Positions 48,133 through 60,447 of a DNA stretch of 64,000 bases are shown piece by piece. The position numbers and the translations under genes are program-made. The stretch is from Terriglobia bacterium (GTDB lineage: Bacteria > Acidobacteriota > Polarisedimenticolia > Polarisedimenticolales > JAIQFR01). The notes under the pieces are model-generated. The model was given only the letters and a program-made list of their open reading frames with translations, was not told the DNA's origin and searched no databases. Location: assembly GCA_963748015.1 (NCBI GenBank), contig CAVVHE010000008.1, positions 192,001 to 256,000 on the forward strand, given 5' to 3'. Position 1 is the first letter of the stretch. Each line of letters starts with the position of its first letter.

Positions 48133-50016
48133 ATGAGGAAGTCCTTGGCGTTCGCGTTGGCATGGGCTGCGCTCGCGACGGTCCCCGCGGAGGGCGCCAC
48201 CCTGTGGGTGGCGCGCTGCAGCGTCTCGGGCGACGGCTCTCGCCTGCGCCCGCTCTGCAGCATCCAGGAGGGCGTGGACGCCGCCGCTCCGGGGGACACC
48301 GTCCGGGTGCTGCCCGGCACCTACCGCGAGTGCGTGGTTGCGATCGGCCCGCCGGTCTCGCTCGTCGCGGACGATTTCGCGGTGGCGGGCCTGCGGACCA
48401 CGACGATCGTGGACGGGACCGGCCTCTGCGACGACCCGTCGGCTCCGTCCTCGACGGTCCTGCTGCTCGGCGGCTCGGCGATCGAGGGGTTCACGGTGCG
48501 CGGGGGAGGCTACTCCGGAGTCGCCGGACTCGGGAGCGTGGCGATCACGAGCAACGTGATCGAGGGGAACAGCTCGGCCGACGACGGCGGGGGCATCTAC
48601 GTCAATGCCAGCGACTACTTCGGCGGGGCCGGAGACCTCGTCATCTCCGGCAACGTCGTCCAGGACAACCAGGCCTACCGGAACGGCGGGGGGATCTTCG
48701 TCTACGGCTACGTGCAGCCCGGGGCCGGAAGGCGCGTCGTCGTGGACGGGAACGCCGTGCGTCGAAACGTGGCGGGGAACTTCGGTGGGGGCGTCGGCTC
48801 CCTTTCCGCGACCCCGTACCTCGGCGACGTCGAGGTGGCCATCACCCGGAACGTGATCGAGGACAACGCGGCGACGGGTTTCGCCGGGTACAGCTACGGC
48901 TACGGAGGGGGGATCTGGGCGAGCACCGGCGGAGAGGGAGCGGAGACGCTCCGCGTCGAGGACAACGACGTCCGCCGGAACGAGTCGGGAGGAGGGGGCG
49001 GCGGGCTGTCCGCGTGGCTCCGCGCGACGTACGCCGGCTGGCACGCCGTGACCGTCGACGGGAACCGGGTCGCGCAGAACATGACGGTGGGATACGGGGG
49101 CGGCCTCGACCTCTACGTGAAGGCCGTCGACCTGGCGGTCTCCTACGCGCCGTTCTTCGAGGCGCGCGGGAACGACGTGACGTCGAACCAGGCGTACGCG
49201 GGGGCGGGAGGGATGCTGGACGTCTTCGTGGATGCCACCAACGCTTACGTCGCCTCGCGCGCGAGCCTCGTGTTCGAGGGAAATCGCGTGGCCGACAACG
49301 GGGGCGACGGGGACGCCGCGCCGCAATACGGCGCGGGGCTCGAGGTCGGCATCGAGGCGGGCGGGCCGGCGATCGCGACCGCGGACCTGCGCTTCAACAC
49401 GATCGTCCGCAACCTCAGCGATCTCGCCGCGGGCGGGATCGACGTGGGGGTCAACACCGCGTTCGACGGCTCCGGGACCTACGAGGGACTGGCCTCGCTG
49501 ACGCTCGAGGACTCGATCGTCGCGGACAACGAGGGGTTCGGCATCGGCAAGGCGCCGGCCATCTCCGGCAGCACCGACAACTGGACGTACGTCATCCGCT
49601 ACAACGACGTGTTCGGGAACGGGCAGGACTACGAGCCGGTCGTCGGCATACCTCCTCCCGAGGACCGCAACATCTCGGCGGACCCGCTGCTCCTCGCCCT
49701 CGACGTTCCGGACCTCTGCTCTCCCACGACCGATGCCGCCGACCCGGCCGAGGTCTTCGACCTCGAGCCGCAGCCGAACGGCGGCCGGGCGAACCAGGGG
49801 CATCTCGGCGGCACGGCCGCCGCCACGCAGAGCCTTCCCGACGTGAACGGCGACCTGCTCGTGGACGGGGTGGACGTGCTGAGGATCGCGACCGCGTTCG
49901 CCTCCACGGCCGCGCAGGCGCGCTTCTATGCCGCGGCCGACCTCGACCTGAACGGGATCGTGGACGGCGACGACCTCGCCTACGTGGCGGCACGGTTCGG
50001 CAAGGACTGCCGGTGA
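48133..50016 (+). CDS. Secreted right-handed beta-helix protein with C-terminal dockerin-like domain (paralog of 45230..47866)
   Basis: Signal peptide; [14 protein letters not shown]; NxA..GGGI repeats; [29 protein letters not shown]...[12 protein letters not shown]. Confidence 0.85.
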   Translation: MRKSLAFALAWAALATVPAEGATLWVARCSVSGDGSRLRPLCSIQEGVDAAAPGDTVRVLPGTYRECVVAIGPPVSLVADDFAVAGLRTTTIVDGTGLCDDPSAPSSTVLLLGGSAIEGFTVRGGGYSGVAGLGSVAITSNVIEGNSSADDGGGIYVNASDYFGGAGDLVISGNVVQDNQAYRNGGGIFVYGYVQPGAGRRVVVDGNAVRRNVAGNFGGGVGSLSATPYLGDVEVAITRNVIEDNAATGFAGYSYGYGGGIWASTGGEGAETLRVEDNDVRRNESGGGGGGLSAWLRATYAGWHAVTVDGNRVAQNMTVGYGGGLDLYVKAVDLAVSYAPFFEARGNDVTSNQAYAGAGGMLDVFVDATNAYVASRASLVFEGNRVADNGGDGDAAPQYGAGLEVGIEAGGPAIATADLRFNTIVRNLSDLAAGGIDVGVNTAFDGSGTYEGLASLTLEDSIVADNEGFGIGKAPAISGSTDNWTYVIRYNDVFGNGQDYEPVVGIPPPEDRNISADPLLLALDVPDLCSPTTDAADPAEVFDLEPQPNGGRANQGHLGGTAAATQSLPDVNGDLLVDGVDVLRIATAFASTAAQARFYAAADLDLNGIVDGDDLAYVAARFGKDCR

Positions 50017-50027
50017 AGGGGGCGGGG

Positions 50028-51083
50028 ATGAGCCGACTCTGCACGACTTCTCGATGTCTGATCGCCGCCGCGGCGCTCGCCTGCGCCGCGTCCCTCGCCT
50101 GCGGAGGAGGCGGCGGCGGGGGCACCACTCCCCCGGGGCTGGCCGCGACCTTCACCCCGGCCGTCGCAACGCCGCCCGCCGGAGGGATCGGCATGCGGGC
50201 GGGCGCTCCAACGGGCGATCTCTTCGACGTGAAGGTCTCCGTGACGGGGGACGTGAGCGATTTCTACCGGGCGGCGTTTCACGTCGTCTACGACGGCTCC
50301 GTCGCGGAGTACGTGTCCGCCGCCGACGCGTCGTCGTTCCTCCGCGACGGCGGCGCGGCGGCGCAGTTCACCTACCAGCAGGCGGCGGGGGACCTCGCGG
50401 TGACCGCGACGCGCCTCCCGTACCCGCCCGTTCCGAACGCGTCGTTCGCCGCGTCGTCCGGCACCCCGCCCACGGGGAGCGTGGTCCTCGCCGCGGGGAC
50501 GGCCGCGGGCGACACCTTCGAGGTGAAGGTCGCGGTGACGGGGGTGAGCGACTTTTTCGGGGCCGCGTTCCACGTTCTGTACGACCCCGCGGTCGCGGAG
50601 TACGTCTCGGCGGACGACGGCGCCTCGTTCCTCCGGCAGGGAGGAGCCGGCACGAGCTTCCTCTACGGCGGGTCTCCCGGCGATCTCGCCGTCTCGGCGA
50701 CGCGCCTGCAGGACGGGGGCGGCTCCGTCCGCGGCGTGAACGTCCCCGGCACGGCCGACCTCCTCGTGCTCACGTTCCGCGCGAAGGCGACCGCGGCCGC
50801 GAGCCCGTTCGCCTTCGGGGTCCCGCTCGAGGTGCGGGACTCGTCGCAGCCGCCGCCCGGGCACGCGATCTCGGTGATCTGGGAAGGGGGGACGATGACG
50901 GCCACGGTGCCGGCCGGCGCCCTCGTGACCGGCACGCGCGACCTCGTCGTGCTCCGCTTCCGCGCTCGCCAGGCGACGGCGGGGAGCGCGCTCGCGTTCT
51001 CCGCCTCGCGGCAGGTGGAGAACGCGGGGCAGGGGCCGATCTCGCTGTCGGGATGGACGGGAGGGACGCTGACCGCGAGGTGA
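50028..51083 (+). CDS. Lipoprotein with two cohesin-like domains, one nested in the other
   Basis: C-terminal 351 aa of ORF 48162..51083; lipobox SLAC-GGGG; duplicated F(D/E)VKV.VTG..DF..AAFHV.YD..VAEYVSA. Confidence 0.75.
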   Translation: MSRLCTTSRCLIAAAALACAASLACGGGGGGGTTPPGLAATFTPAVATPPAGGIGMRAGAPTGDLFDVKVSVTGDVSDFYRAAFHVVYDGSVAEYVSAADASSFLRDGGAAAQFTYQQAAGDLAVTATRLPYPPVPNASFAASSGTPPTGSVVLAAGTAAGDTFEVKVAVTGVSDFFGAAFHVLYDPAVAEYVSADDGASFLRQGGAGTSFLYGGSPGDLAVSATRLQDGGGSVRGVNVPGTADLLVLTFRAKATAAASPFAFGVPLEVRDSSQPPPGHAISVIWEGGTMTATVPAGALVTGTRDLVVLRFRARQATAGSALAFSASRQVENAGQGPISLSGWTGGTLTAR

Positions 51084-51124
51084 GCGTCGAGGCATGAGTC
51101 CCTCGCTCGGACAGGATCCTCCGG

Positions 51125-52923
<1,799 letters not shown>

Positions 52924-53243
52924 GTTATCCCGTTACCCGTTGGAGCGATTGAGGATAGCACCGCCGGCACCGTCTGTCTCGGGGCCTCGGGGGCGGCGGT
53001 GTCCGTTCCGCGTCCGTTCTGCCGAGTTCCGCCTCGAGGGTGTCCGCCGCGGGCCGAGGTGGGAGGGCGACAGGCGCATGCAGCGGCTCGCCCGCCCAGC
53101 TCGAAAAGGGGGCGCCAAAGGCGTCTCGGCGGATGCCCTTGTTTTCCGGCCTGGTCGGGCGTACAAGGTCCACGAGCGAACTCGTTCGGTTCGCGCGGCC
53201 GGGACGAACCCTCCCGCGTGCACGCTGGTTCGATAGGCGACTC

Positions 53244-55469
53244 ATGAGAACGAACCGAGTTCTGCCACTTCCGACTGCGGTGTGCGTGCTGCTCGCTCTC
53301 TCTTCGGCTGCCGCCCTCGCTCAGGGCCGGGCGCCCACGCCAGCGAGCGATCCTGGAATCGCGGAAGGCGCTACCGACGCTCCCGTGGACTGGTACCTCC
53401 GAACTCCCGCCACGAGCCCGCCTGCCCGCGACCTGGCCGGGATGGCGTACGACAGCGCCCGGGGGCACGCCGTCCTCTTCGGGGGGTACAACGGCAGAGG
53501 AGGCGAGCTCTATTTCTCCGACACCTGGGTGTGGGACGGGGTGACGTGGATCCAAAAGGCGCCCCCGACGAGCCCGTCGCCTCGCGCTCCCAGCGCGACG
53601 GCGTACGACAGCGCGCGGGACCGCGTGGTCCTCTTCGGGGGCTGGAACGGGACAGCGAATCCTCCCGTTTACGCCGACACATGGGAATGGGACGGGAAGA
53701 CATGGGCCCAACGGACTCCTGCCACAAGGCCCAGCGCACGCGTGGCCGGGGGGTCGGCATACGACAGCGCGCGGGGACGCGTCGTGCTCTTCGGGGGGTA
53801 CAACGGTACGAGCGGATACCTCGCAGACACATGGGAATGGGACGGGACCACGTGGGTGAGCAGGACGAGCACGACGAATCCCCCCGGGCGCGAGCTGGCC
53901 GGGATGGCGTACGACAGCGCGCGGGGACGCGTCGTGCTCTTCGGGGGGTTCCGCTGGCCCCCGGGCGAAGCTTACGACGACACATGGGAGTGGGACGGGA
54001 ACGTGTGGATTCAGAGGACGCCGGCCACGAGCCCGTCGGCCCGCTACGGCGCCGCGATGGCGTACGACAGCCGGCGGGGGCGCGTCGTCCTGTTCGGGGG
54101 TATGGCGATCGGATTGCCGGACTGTCTCGTCGACACGTGGGAATGGGACGGGAACACGTGGGTCCAAAGGACGCCCGCCACGAGCCCGGGTCCCCGCGAC
54201 GCTGCCGCGTCCGCTTACGACAGCGCGCGGGGGCGCGTCGTCCTGTTCGGGGGACAAAACCAGAACTACTTTTTCGCGGATACGTGGGAGTACAAGCTGG
54301 CCGAGATCTGCAATGGCATCGACGACGACGGCGACGGCATCGTCCCCCCGGGCGAGTTCGACCACGATGGCGACCTCTACGTCGCCTGCTCGTCCTGGGT
54401 CGGCTCCGATCCGAACGTTGTCGGTGGCGGCGACTGCGACGACAACGACCCGACGGTCTACCCCGGTGCCCCGGATCCGCCGTGCGACGGTTGGAACCCG
54501 AACTGCCTCGACCCGGCTTGGCCGGCCGTCCCCCCGGACGAGATCGACCACGATGGTGACCACTACGTCGCCTGCTCGCCCTGGATCGGCTCCGATCCGG
54601 ACGTCCTCGGCGGCGGCGACTGCGACGACAACGACCTATCGGTCTACCCGGGTGCCCCGGAGCAGCGGTGCGACGGAAAGATCCAGAACTGCCTGGACCC
54701 GGCCTGGCCAACCGTCCCGCCGGAAGAGATCGATCACGACGGCGACCACTACGTCGCCTGCTCGCCGTGGGTAGGAGCGGTCCAATCGATTTGGGGCGGG
54801 GGGGACTGCGACGACACGCGGGCCGACGTCTACCCTGGATACCCGGAGGTCTGCGACGGTCTGGACAACGACTGCAACGGACAGATCGACGACGCGGGCG
54901 CGGATTCGGATCAGGATGGTGTCCACAACCTGTGCGACAACTGTCGCTTCGTCTACAACCCGGGCCAAGCCGACACCGACGTCGACGGCGTCGGCGATGC
55001 CTGCGACAACTGCCCCGGCGAGTTCAACCCCGACCAAGCGGACTACGACGGCGACGGTGTCGGGGGGGCGTGCGACAACTGCCCGGCGGACTACAACCCA
55101 TCCCAAAGCGACGTGAACGGCGACCATGTCGGGGACGTGTGCGACCCGAACGACGGCTTGATCTACGTTTTCGCCGGGTACCTCTCGAGCATCGAGTGGT
55201 ACCCGGAGACCGGTCCGACGACCTGGAACGTGTACGAAGGCGAGCTGGACGTCCTCCGTTCCACCGGCGTCTACACCCAGGAGCCCGGGTCCAACGACCT
55301 CGCCGCCAGATTCTGCGGGGTGACGGACACGTGGATTGCGGACGACGCATCGCCGCCGCTTGGCAAGGTCAAGTTCACGCTGGTGACCGGGGTGCAGAAC
55401 GGGGTCGAGTGGAGCCTGGGGACGGGATCGCAGGGGGTCACGAGGCCGAACACGAATCCGTGCCCGTGA
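53244..55469 (+). CDS. Secreted Kelch/galactose-oxidase-like propeller + MopE-like (DCDD) repeats + thrombospondin type 3 repeats
   Basis: Six AYDS.R...VLFGG...DTW repeats; DCDD...YPG.P...CDG; D.D.DGVG.ACDNC. Confidence 0.85.
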   Translation: MRTNRVLPLPTAVCVLLALSSAAALAQGRAPTPASDPGIAEGATDAPVDWYLRTPATSPPARDLAGMAYDSARGHAVLFGGYNGRGGELYFSDTWVWDGVTWIQKAPPTSPSPRAPSATAYDSARDRVVLFGGWNGTANPPVYADTWEWDGKTWAQRTPATRPSARVAGGSAYDSARGRVVLFGGYNGTSGYLADTWEWDGTTWVSRTSTTNPPGRELAGMAYDSARGRVVLFGGFRWPPGEAYDDTWEWDGNVWIQRTPATSPSARYGAAMAYDSRRGRVVLFGGMAIGLPDCLVDTWEWDGNTWVQRTPATSPGPRDAAASAYDSARGRVVLFGGQNQNYFFADTWEYKLAEICNGIDDDGDGIVPPGEFDHDGDLYVACSSWVGSDPNVVGGGDCDDNDPTVYPGAPDPPCDGWNPNCLDPAWPAVPPDEIDHDGDHYVACSPWIGSDPDVLGGGDCDDNDLSVYPGAPEQRCDGKIQNCLDPAWPTVPPEEIDHDGDHYVACSPWVGAVQSIWGGGDCDDTRADVYPGYPEVCDGLDNDCNGQIDDAGADSDQDGVHNLCDNCRFVYNPGQADTDVDGVGDACDNCPGEFNPDQADYDGDGVGGACDNCPADYNPSQSDVNGDHVGDVCDPNDGLIYVFAGYLSSIEWYPETGPTTWNVYEGELDVLRSTGVYTQEPGSNDLAARFCGVTDTWIADDASPPLGKVKFTLVTGVQNGVEWSLGTGSQGVTRPNTNPCP

Positions 55470-55473
55470 GCGG

Positions 55474-55503
55474 GTGGGGTCGATCCCGCGCCCCACTTTC
55501 CTT
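55474..55503 (+). terminator. Terminator-like hairpin after the Kelch gene
   Basis: GTGGGG...CCCCAC followed by TTTCCTT. Confidence 0.45.
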
Positions 55504-55619
55504 TCGCATCATCCCGGCGGGCCGCGCCGAAGGTGAGCCTGGTCCTTCTGGTCAGCGCCGAAGTGGCGGATGCGCTGGGACCTCATGCGTCTCTAGGCTC
55601 GCGCATCGTCGATCTGCCG

Positions 55620-56396
55620 TCAGTAGCCCATGACGTGATACCCGGCGTCCACGTAGAGCGTGGTGCCGGTGATCCCGGAGGACAGGGGGCTGCACAGGAA
55701 GAGGGCGGCGTCTCCCACCTCGGACGGCTCGATGTTGCGGCCGAGAGGGGCGTACTTGCGGTGGTGCGTGGCGAGCGTGTTGAACCCGGTGATCCCGCGC
55801 GCCGACAGCGTCGGCACGGGGCCGGCCGAGATCACGTTGACCCGGATGTTGTGCGGCCCCAGCTCGAACGAGAGGTGGCGCGCGGCCTGCTCGAGGGCCG
55901 CCTTGGCGGTCCCCATGACGTTGTAGTTCGGGAAGACGCGCGAGCTCCCCTGGAACGAGAGCGCGACGATGCTCCCGCCTTCCTTGTCCATCAACCGCGC
56001 CGCCCTGTCGGCCAGCGCGACCAGGGAATACGCGGAGACGTCGAGGGCGATCCTCCATCCCTCGCGGCTCGTCTTGCGAAACTCCCCCTCGAGCTCCTCG
56101 CGCCGCGCGTGGGCGATGGAGTGGATCAGGATGTCGAGCTTGCCGAACTGGCTCCGGAGCTGCGAGAAGACGCCGTCCATCTGATCCTCGCTCATCACGT
56201 CGCACGCCATGACGAGCGAGCCGGGGATCTTGGAGGCGAGCGAGGTGACGTTCTCCTGGAGGCGCTCCCCCTGGTAGGTGAACGCGAGGCGGGCGCCGGC
56301 CTTCGACAGCGCGGACGCGATCGCCCAGGCGAGCGAGCGCTGGTTCGCGACGCCCATCACGAGCGCGGTCTTACCCTTCAGGTCGATGGCTCGCAC
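55620..56396 (-). CDS. fabI: Enoyl-ACP reductase
   Basis: GVANQRSLAWAIA, HSIAHA, YNVMGTAKAALE and RVNVISAGP motifs. Confidence 0.95.
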   Translation of the reverse strand: MRAIDLKGKTALVMGVANQRSLAWAIASALSKAGARLAFTYQGERLQENVTSLASKIPGSLVMACDVMSEDQMDGVFSQLRSQFGKLDILIHSIAHARREELEGEFRKTSREGWRIALDVSAYSLVALADRAARLMDKEGGSIVALSFQGSSRVFPNYNVMGTAKAALEQAARHLSFELGPHNIRVNVISAGPVPTLSARGITGFNTLATHHRKYAPLGRNIEPSEVGDAALFLCSPLSSGITGTTLYVDAGYHVMGY

Positions 56397-56502
56397 GGTT
56401 TACCTCCTTGCCCCGGCTCCCAGGCCGCATATCCATAGCGTAGATTAGGAGATAGGGCCGGGACTTGCAACGACGGCGCGTTTCGCCCAGGCACCCCCGT
56501 CT

Positions 56503-57528
56503 TCAGAGCCTCAGGTTCGGATCGGCGTTGAGATCGAGCCCGGCGTGGTCGCCCCGCTCGAGGTGGAGGAACCCCGCGGCGGCGATCATCGCGGCGTTGT
56601 CGGTGGTGTACACCGGCGAGGGCATGAACACGGACAGGCCGTTCTCGCGCGCGGCGTCGAGGAACGCCCGCCTCAGCCTCCGGTTGCACGCGACCCCCCC
56701 GGCGAGCAGCACCGTCCGCACGTCCTCGCGCCGGCAGGCGCGGAGCGTCGTGTCCACGAGCGCCTCGACGGCCGCGCGCTGGAACGAGGCCACGACGTCG
56801 CGGACGCGCGGCGAGACCTCCCCGCCGGTCGCCGCCGGCTGCACCAGCCCCTCCCGCTGAGCGAGCCTGCGGACGGCCGTCTTGAGGCCGCTGAAGGAGA
56901 AGTCGAGCGAGCGGTCCTTCATCACCGCTTTCGGGAACGCGATCGCGCTCTCGTCCGCTCCCTCCGACAGCCGGTCGATGACCGGGCCGCCGGGGTACCC
57001 GAGTCCGAGGAGCTTCGCGACCTTGTCGAACGCCTCGCCCGCCGCGTCGTCGCGCGTCCGCGCGAGGAGGCGGTAGGTGCCTTCCTCCGGGCAGAGGTAG
57101 AGCGACGTGTGCCCTCCGGACACCACCAGGGCGACCGCGGGCAGCGCGATCTCGGGATGCTCGATGAACGGCGAGCGGATGTGCCCCTCGAGGTGGTTCA
57201 CGGCCAGCAGCGGGATGCCGCGGTGCCAGGCGATCGCCTTCGCGGCGCAGAGGCCGACGAGGAGCGAGCCGACGAGGCCGGGACCCGCGGTCACCGCCAC
57301 CGCGTCGATCCGCTCGATCCCTCCTCCCGCGGCCTCGAGCGCCTCGGTCACGATCGGGCCGATCGCCTCCACGTGGTGGCGCGAGGCCAGCTCGGGCACC
57401 ACGCCGCCGTACTTCCGGTGCACGTCCACCTGCGAGGCCACCACGGAGGAGAGGACGCGCGTGCGGTCCTCGACCACGGCGGCGGCGGTCTCGTCGCAGG
57501 AGGTCTCGATGGCGAGGATGCGCGGCAT
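56503..57528 (-). CDS. tsaD: tRNA N6-adenosine threonylcarbamoyltransferase
   Basis: ILAIETSCDET, GGVVPELASR, NHLEGH, DDAAGEAFDK and DNAAMIA motifs. Confidence 0.96.
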   Translation of the reverse strand: MPRILAIETSCDETAAAVVEDRTRVLSSVVASQVDVHRKYGGVVPELASRHHVEAIGPIVTEALEAAGGGIERIDAVAVTAGPGLVGSLLVGLCAAKAIAWHRGIPLLAVNHLEGHIRSPFIEHPEIALPAVALVVSGGHTSLYLCPEEGTYRLLARTRDDAAGEAFDKVAKLLGLGYPGGPVIDRLSEGADESAIAFPKAVMKDRSLDFSFSGLKTAVRRLAQREGLVQPAATGGEVSPRVRDVVASFQRAAVEALVDTTLRACRREDVRTVLLAGGVACNRRLRRAFLDAARENGLSVFMPSPVYTTDNAAMIAAAGFLHLERGDHAGLDLNADPNLRL

Positions 57529-57533
57529 GGCGT

Positions 57534-58579
57534 CTACGTCGCGCCGAAGAGGGAAGGAATCGAGGCGCGGTAGGGGGGCCGGGCGATCCCCTTCTCGGTG
57601 ACGATCGCGGTGACGTAGCGGGCGGGGGTCACGTCGAACGCGGGGTTCCGCACCGCGACGCCCACGGGCGCGAGCTGCACGCCGTAGAGCTCCACCACCT
57701 CCCGCGGGTCGCGCTCCTCGATCGGAATGTGGTCCCCGTCGGGGCAATCGAGATCGACCGACGAGAGGGGCGCCGCGACGTAGAACGGCACGCCGTTCGC
57801 CGCCGCGAGCACCGCCACCGAATAGGTCCCGATCTTGTTCGCCACGTCGCCGTTCGCCGCGATGCGGTCGGCGCCCACGACGACCAGGTCGATCTCGCCG
57901 CGGTAGAGGAACTCCCGGCCATGTTGTCGGTGATCAGGGTCGTCTCGATGCCGTCCTTCATCAGCTCCCAGGCCGTGAGCCGCGCCCCCTGGAGGTACGG
58001 GCGCGTCTCGTCGGCGAACACGCGGACCTTCTTCCCGGCCTCCACCGCGGCCCGCACGACGCCGAGCGCCGTGCCGTAGCCCGCGGTCGCGAGGCCGCCC
58101 GCGTTGCAGTGGGTCAGGATCGATGCGGTCTCGGGGACGAGTGCTTCGCCGTGGCGCCCGATCGCGCGGCAGGCCTCGAGGTCTTCGTCCCGGATGCGGC
58201 GGGCCTCGTCCTCGAGCAGCGCCGCCACGTCGCGCGGACCGAGGCCGCCCGTCCGGGCGCGCTGCGCCGCGCCCCGCATCCTCGCGATCGCCCAGGGGAG
58301 GTTGACCGCGGTGGGCCTCGCCGCGCGCATCAGCCGGTACAGCTCGTCCATCCTCCGGTCGAACTCCGGTCCGTCGAGCCCCGCGGCCTGCGTCGCGCCG
58401 AGCGCCAGCCCGAATCCCGCCGCCACCCCGATCGCCGGCGCCCCCCGCACCGCCATCCCCCGGATCGCCTCGGCCACCTCCTCGGGACTCCCGGCTTCGA
58501 GGTACACCTCTTCCCGCGGAAGCCTCCTCTGGTCGATCATCCGGACCCCGCCCTCGCTTCTCTCGACCGTGACGAACAT
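57534..58579 (-). CDS. mtnA: S-methyl-5-thioribose-1-phosphate isomerase; 1 apparent frameshift near 57912
   Basis: [25 protein letters not shown] and [29 protein letters not shown] and NPAFDVTP lie in the next frame. Confidence 0.93.
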
Positions 58580-58759
58580 GCCGGGATTATATGCATGGTG
58601 GTGCGCACCTTGTGACGAACGTCAAGGAACATGTTGAAAGGAAAGGGCTTGCAGCTTCGGGGCGCAGGTGTCGCATCCCGGAGGGGTGAGCCCCGTCCCG
58701 GCGCGCCAATTCGCGCCGCGCTCCACAAGCTTCGCACCACCATGCTTATAATCGAGGGG

Positions 58760-60424
58760 ATGCAAGAAGAAGGTGCCGGCGCCAGATCGAGGTGGGAGAA
58801 CGGGATCCTCCGGGAGGCGCTCGCGAAGGCGCCGGAGCGGCGGGAGCGGTTCGAGACGGGGTCGGGGCTGCCGGTGGAGCGGCTCTACACCGCGGAGGAC
58901 GTGGCGTCGCTCGATCCGGAGGGCGACCTGGGGTACCCGGGGGAGTTCCCGTTCACGCGGGGCACGCAGCCCACGATGTACCGCGGCCGGCTCTGGACCA
59001 TGCGGCAGTACGCCGGGTTCGGGACGGCGCTCGAGACCAACCGGCGCTTCCGCTACCTCCTCGAGCAGGGGCAGACCGGCCTCTCGGTGGCGTTCGACCT
59101 CCCGACCCAGATGGGGTACGACTCGGACCACCCCCTGGCCGCGGGAGAGGTCGGCAAGGTCGGCGTCGCGATCTCGTCGCTCGAGGACATGGAGGAGCTC
59201 CTCGACGGGATCCCCCTCGACCGCGTCTCCACCTCGATGACGATCAACGCGACCGCGGCGATCCTCCTCGCGCTCTACGTCGCGACGGCGCAGAAGCGCG
59301 GGATCGAGCCGGCCCGCCTCGGCGGGACGGTCCAGAACGACCTCCTCAAGGAGTACGTCGCGCGCGGGACCTACATCTATCCCCCCGCGGCCTCGCTCCG
59401 CCTCACGACCGACCTCATGGCCTGGTGCCGCGACAACGTCCCGCGCTGGAACACGATCTCGATCTCCGGCTACCACATGCGCGAGGCGGGCTCGACCGCC
59501 GTGCAGGAGGTCGCGTTCACGCTCGCGAACGCCGTCGCCTACTGCGAGGCGGCGGTCTCGCGCGGCCTCAGGTTCGAGGAGTTCGCGCCGCGGATCTCCT
59601 TCTTCTTCAACGGCCACTCCAACTTCTTCGAGGAGGTCGCGAAGTTCCGCGCGGCGCGGCGCCTCTGGGCGCGTCTCGTGCGCGAGCGGTTCGGCGTCGC
59701 GGATCCCGAGGCGTGCAAGCTGAGGTTCCACACGCAGACCGCGGGCTCGACCCTGACCGCGCAGCAGCCCGAGGTCAACGTGGTGCGCACCGCGCTCGAG
59801 GCGCTCGCGGCGGTCCTCGGCGGCACGCAGTCGCTCCACACGAACTCGATGGACGAGGCGCTCGGACTCCCCACCGAGCGCGCGGCGCTGCTCGCGCTCC
59901 GCACGCAGCAGGTGATCGCCTACGAGACCGGGGTCGCGGACACCGTGGACCCGCTGGCGGGATCGTACTTCGTCGAGGCGCTCACCGACGCGGTGGAGCG
60001 CGGCGCGCGGGAGTACCTCGCGCGCATCGACGCCATGGGGGGCGCGGTCCGGGCGATCGAGCGGGGTTTCCAGCAGCGGGAGATCCACGAGGCCGCGTAC
60101 CGCTGGCAGAAGCGCGTGGAGTCGGGGGACGCCACCGTCGTCGGCGTGAACCGGTTCTCGGACGGCGCCTCGGCGCCCCCGCCCGTCCTCAGGGTGAACG
60201 AGGGGCTGGAGCGCGAGAGGGTCGAGCGGCTCGCCGCGCTCAGGGCAAGGCGCGACGGGGCCGCCGTGTCGCACGCCCTCTCCGCCGTCGAGGCCGCCGC
60301 CGGCGAAGGGAGGAACGTCGTGCCTCCGATCCTCGCCGCCGTCGAGCGGCTCGCGACCCTCGGGGAGATCTCCGACCGGCTCCGGTCGGTGTTCGGCGTC
60401 CACCGCGAGACGTTCTCGTTCTGA
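58760..60424 (+). CDS. Methylmalonyl-CoA mutase family, substrate-binding (large) subunit without B12 domain
   Basis: [48 protein letters not shown] and GGTQSLHTN motifs. Confidence 0.93.
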   Translation: MQEEGAGARSRWENGILREALAKAPERRERFETGSGLPVERLYTAEDVASLDPEGDLGYPGEFPFTRGTQPTMYRGRLWTMRQYAGFGTALETNRRFRYLLEQGQTGLSVAFDLPTQMGYDSDHPLAAGEVGKVGVAISSLEDMEELLDGIPLDRVSTSMTINATAAILLALYVATAQKRGIEPARLGGTVQNDLLKEYVARGTYIYPPAASLRLTTDLMAWCRDNVPRWNTISISGYHMREAGSTAVQEVAFTLANAVAYCEAAVSRGLRFEEFAPRISFFFNGHSNFFEEVAKFRAARRLWARLVRERFGVADPEACKLRFHTQTAGSTLTAQQPEVNVVRTALEALAAVLGGTQSLHTNSMDEALGLPTERAALLALRTQQVIAYETGVADTVDPLAGSYFVEALTDAVERGAREYLARIDAMGGAVRAIERGFQQREIHEAAYRWQKRVESGDATVVGVNRFSDGASAPPPVLRVNEGLERERVERLAALRARRDGAAVSHALSAVEAAAGEGRNVVPPILAAVERLATLGEISDRLRSVFGVHRETFSF

Positions 60425-60447
60425 CCTCCACCGGGAGAATCACCGTC

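Noticed and set aside
44619..51083. A true cellulosome
   Set aside because: No multi-cohesin scaffoldin, CBM or recognisable glycoside hydrolase in the window; the catalytic activity of the beta-helix proteins is unproven.
53400..54890. Periodic DNA repeats as a CRISPR array or DGR template/variable repeat
   Set aside because: The repeats are in-frame protein repeats; there are no unique spacers, cas genes or reverse transcriptase.
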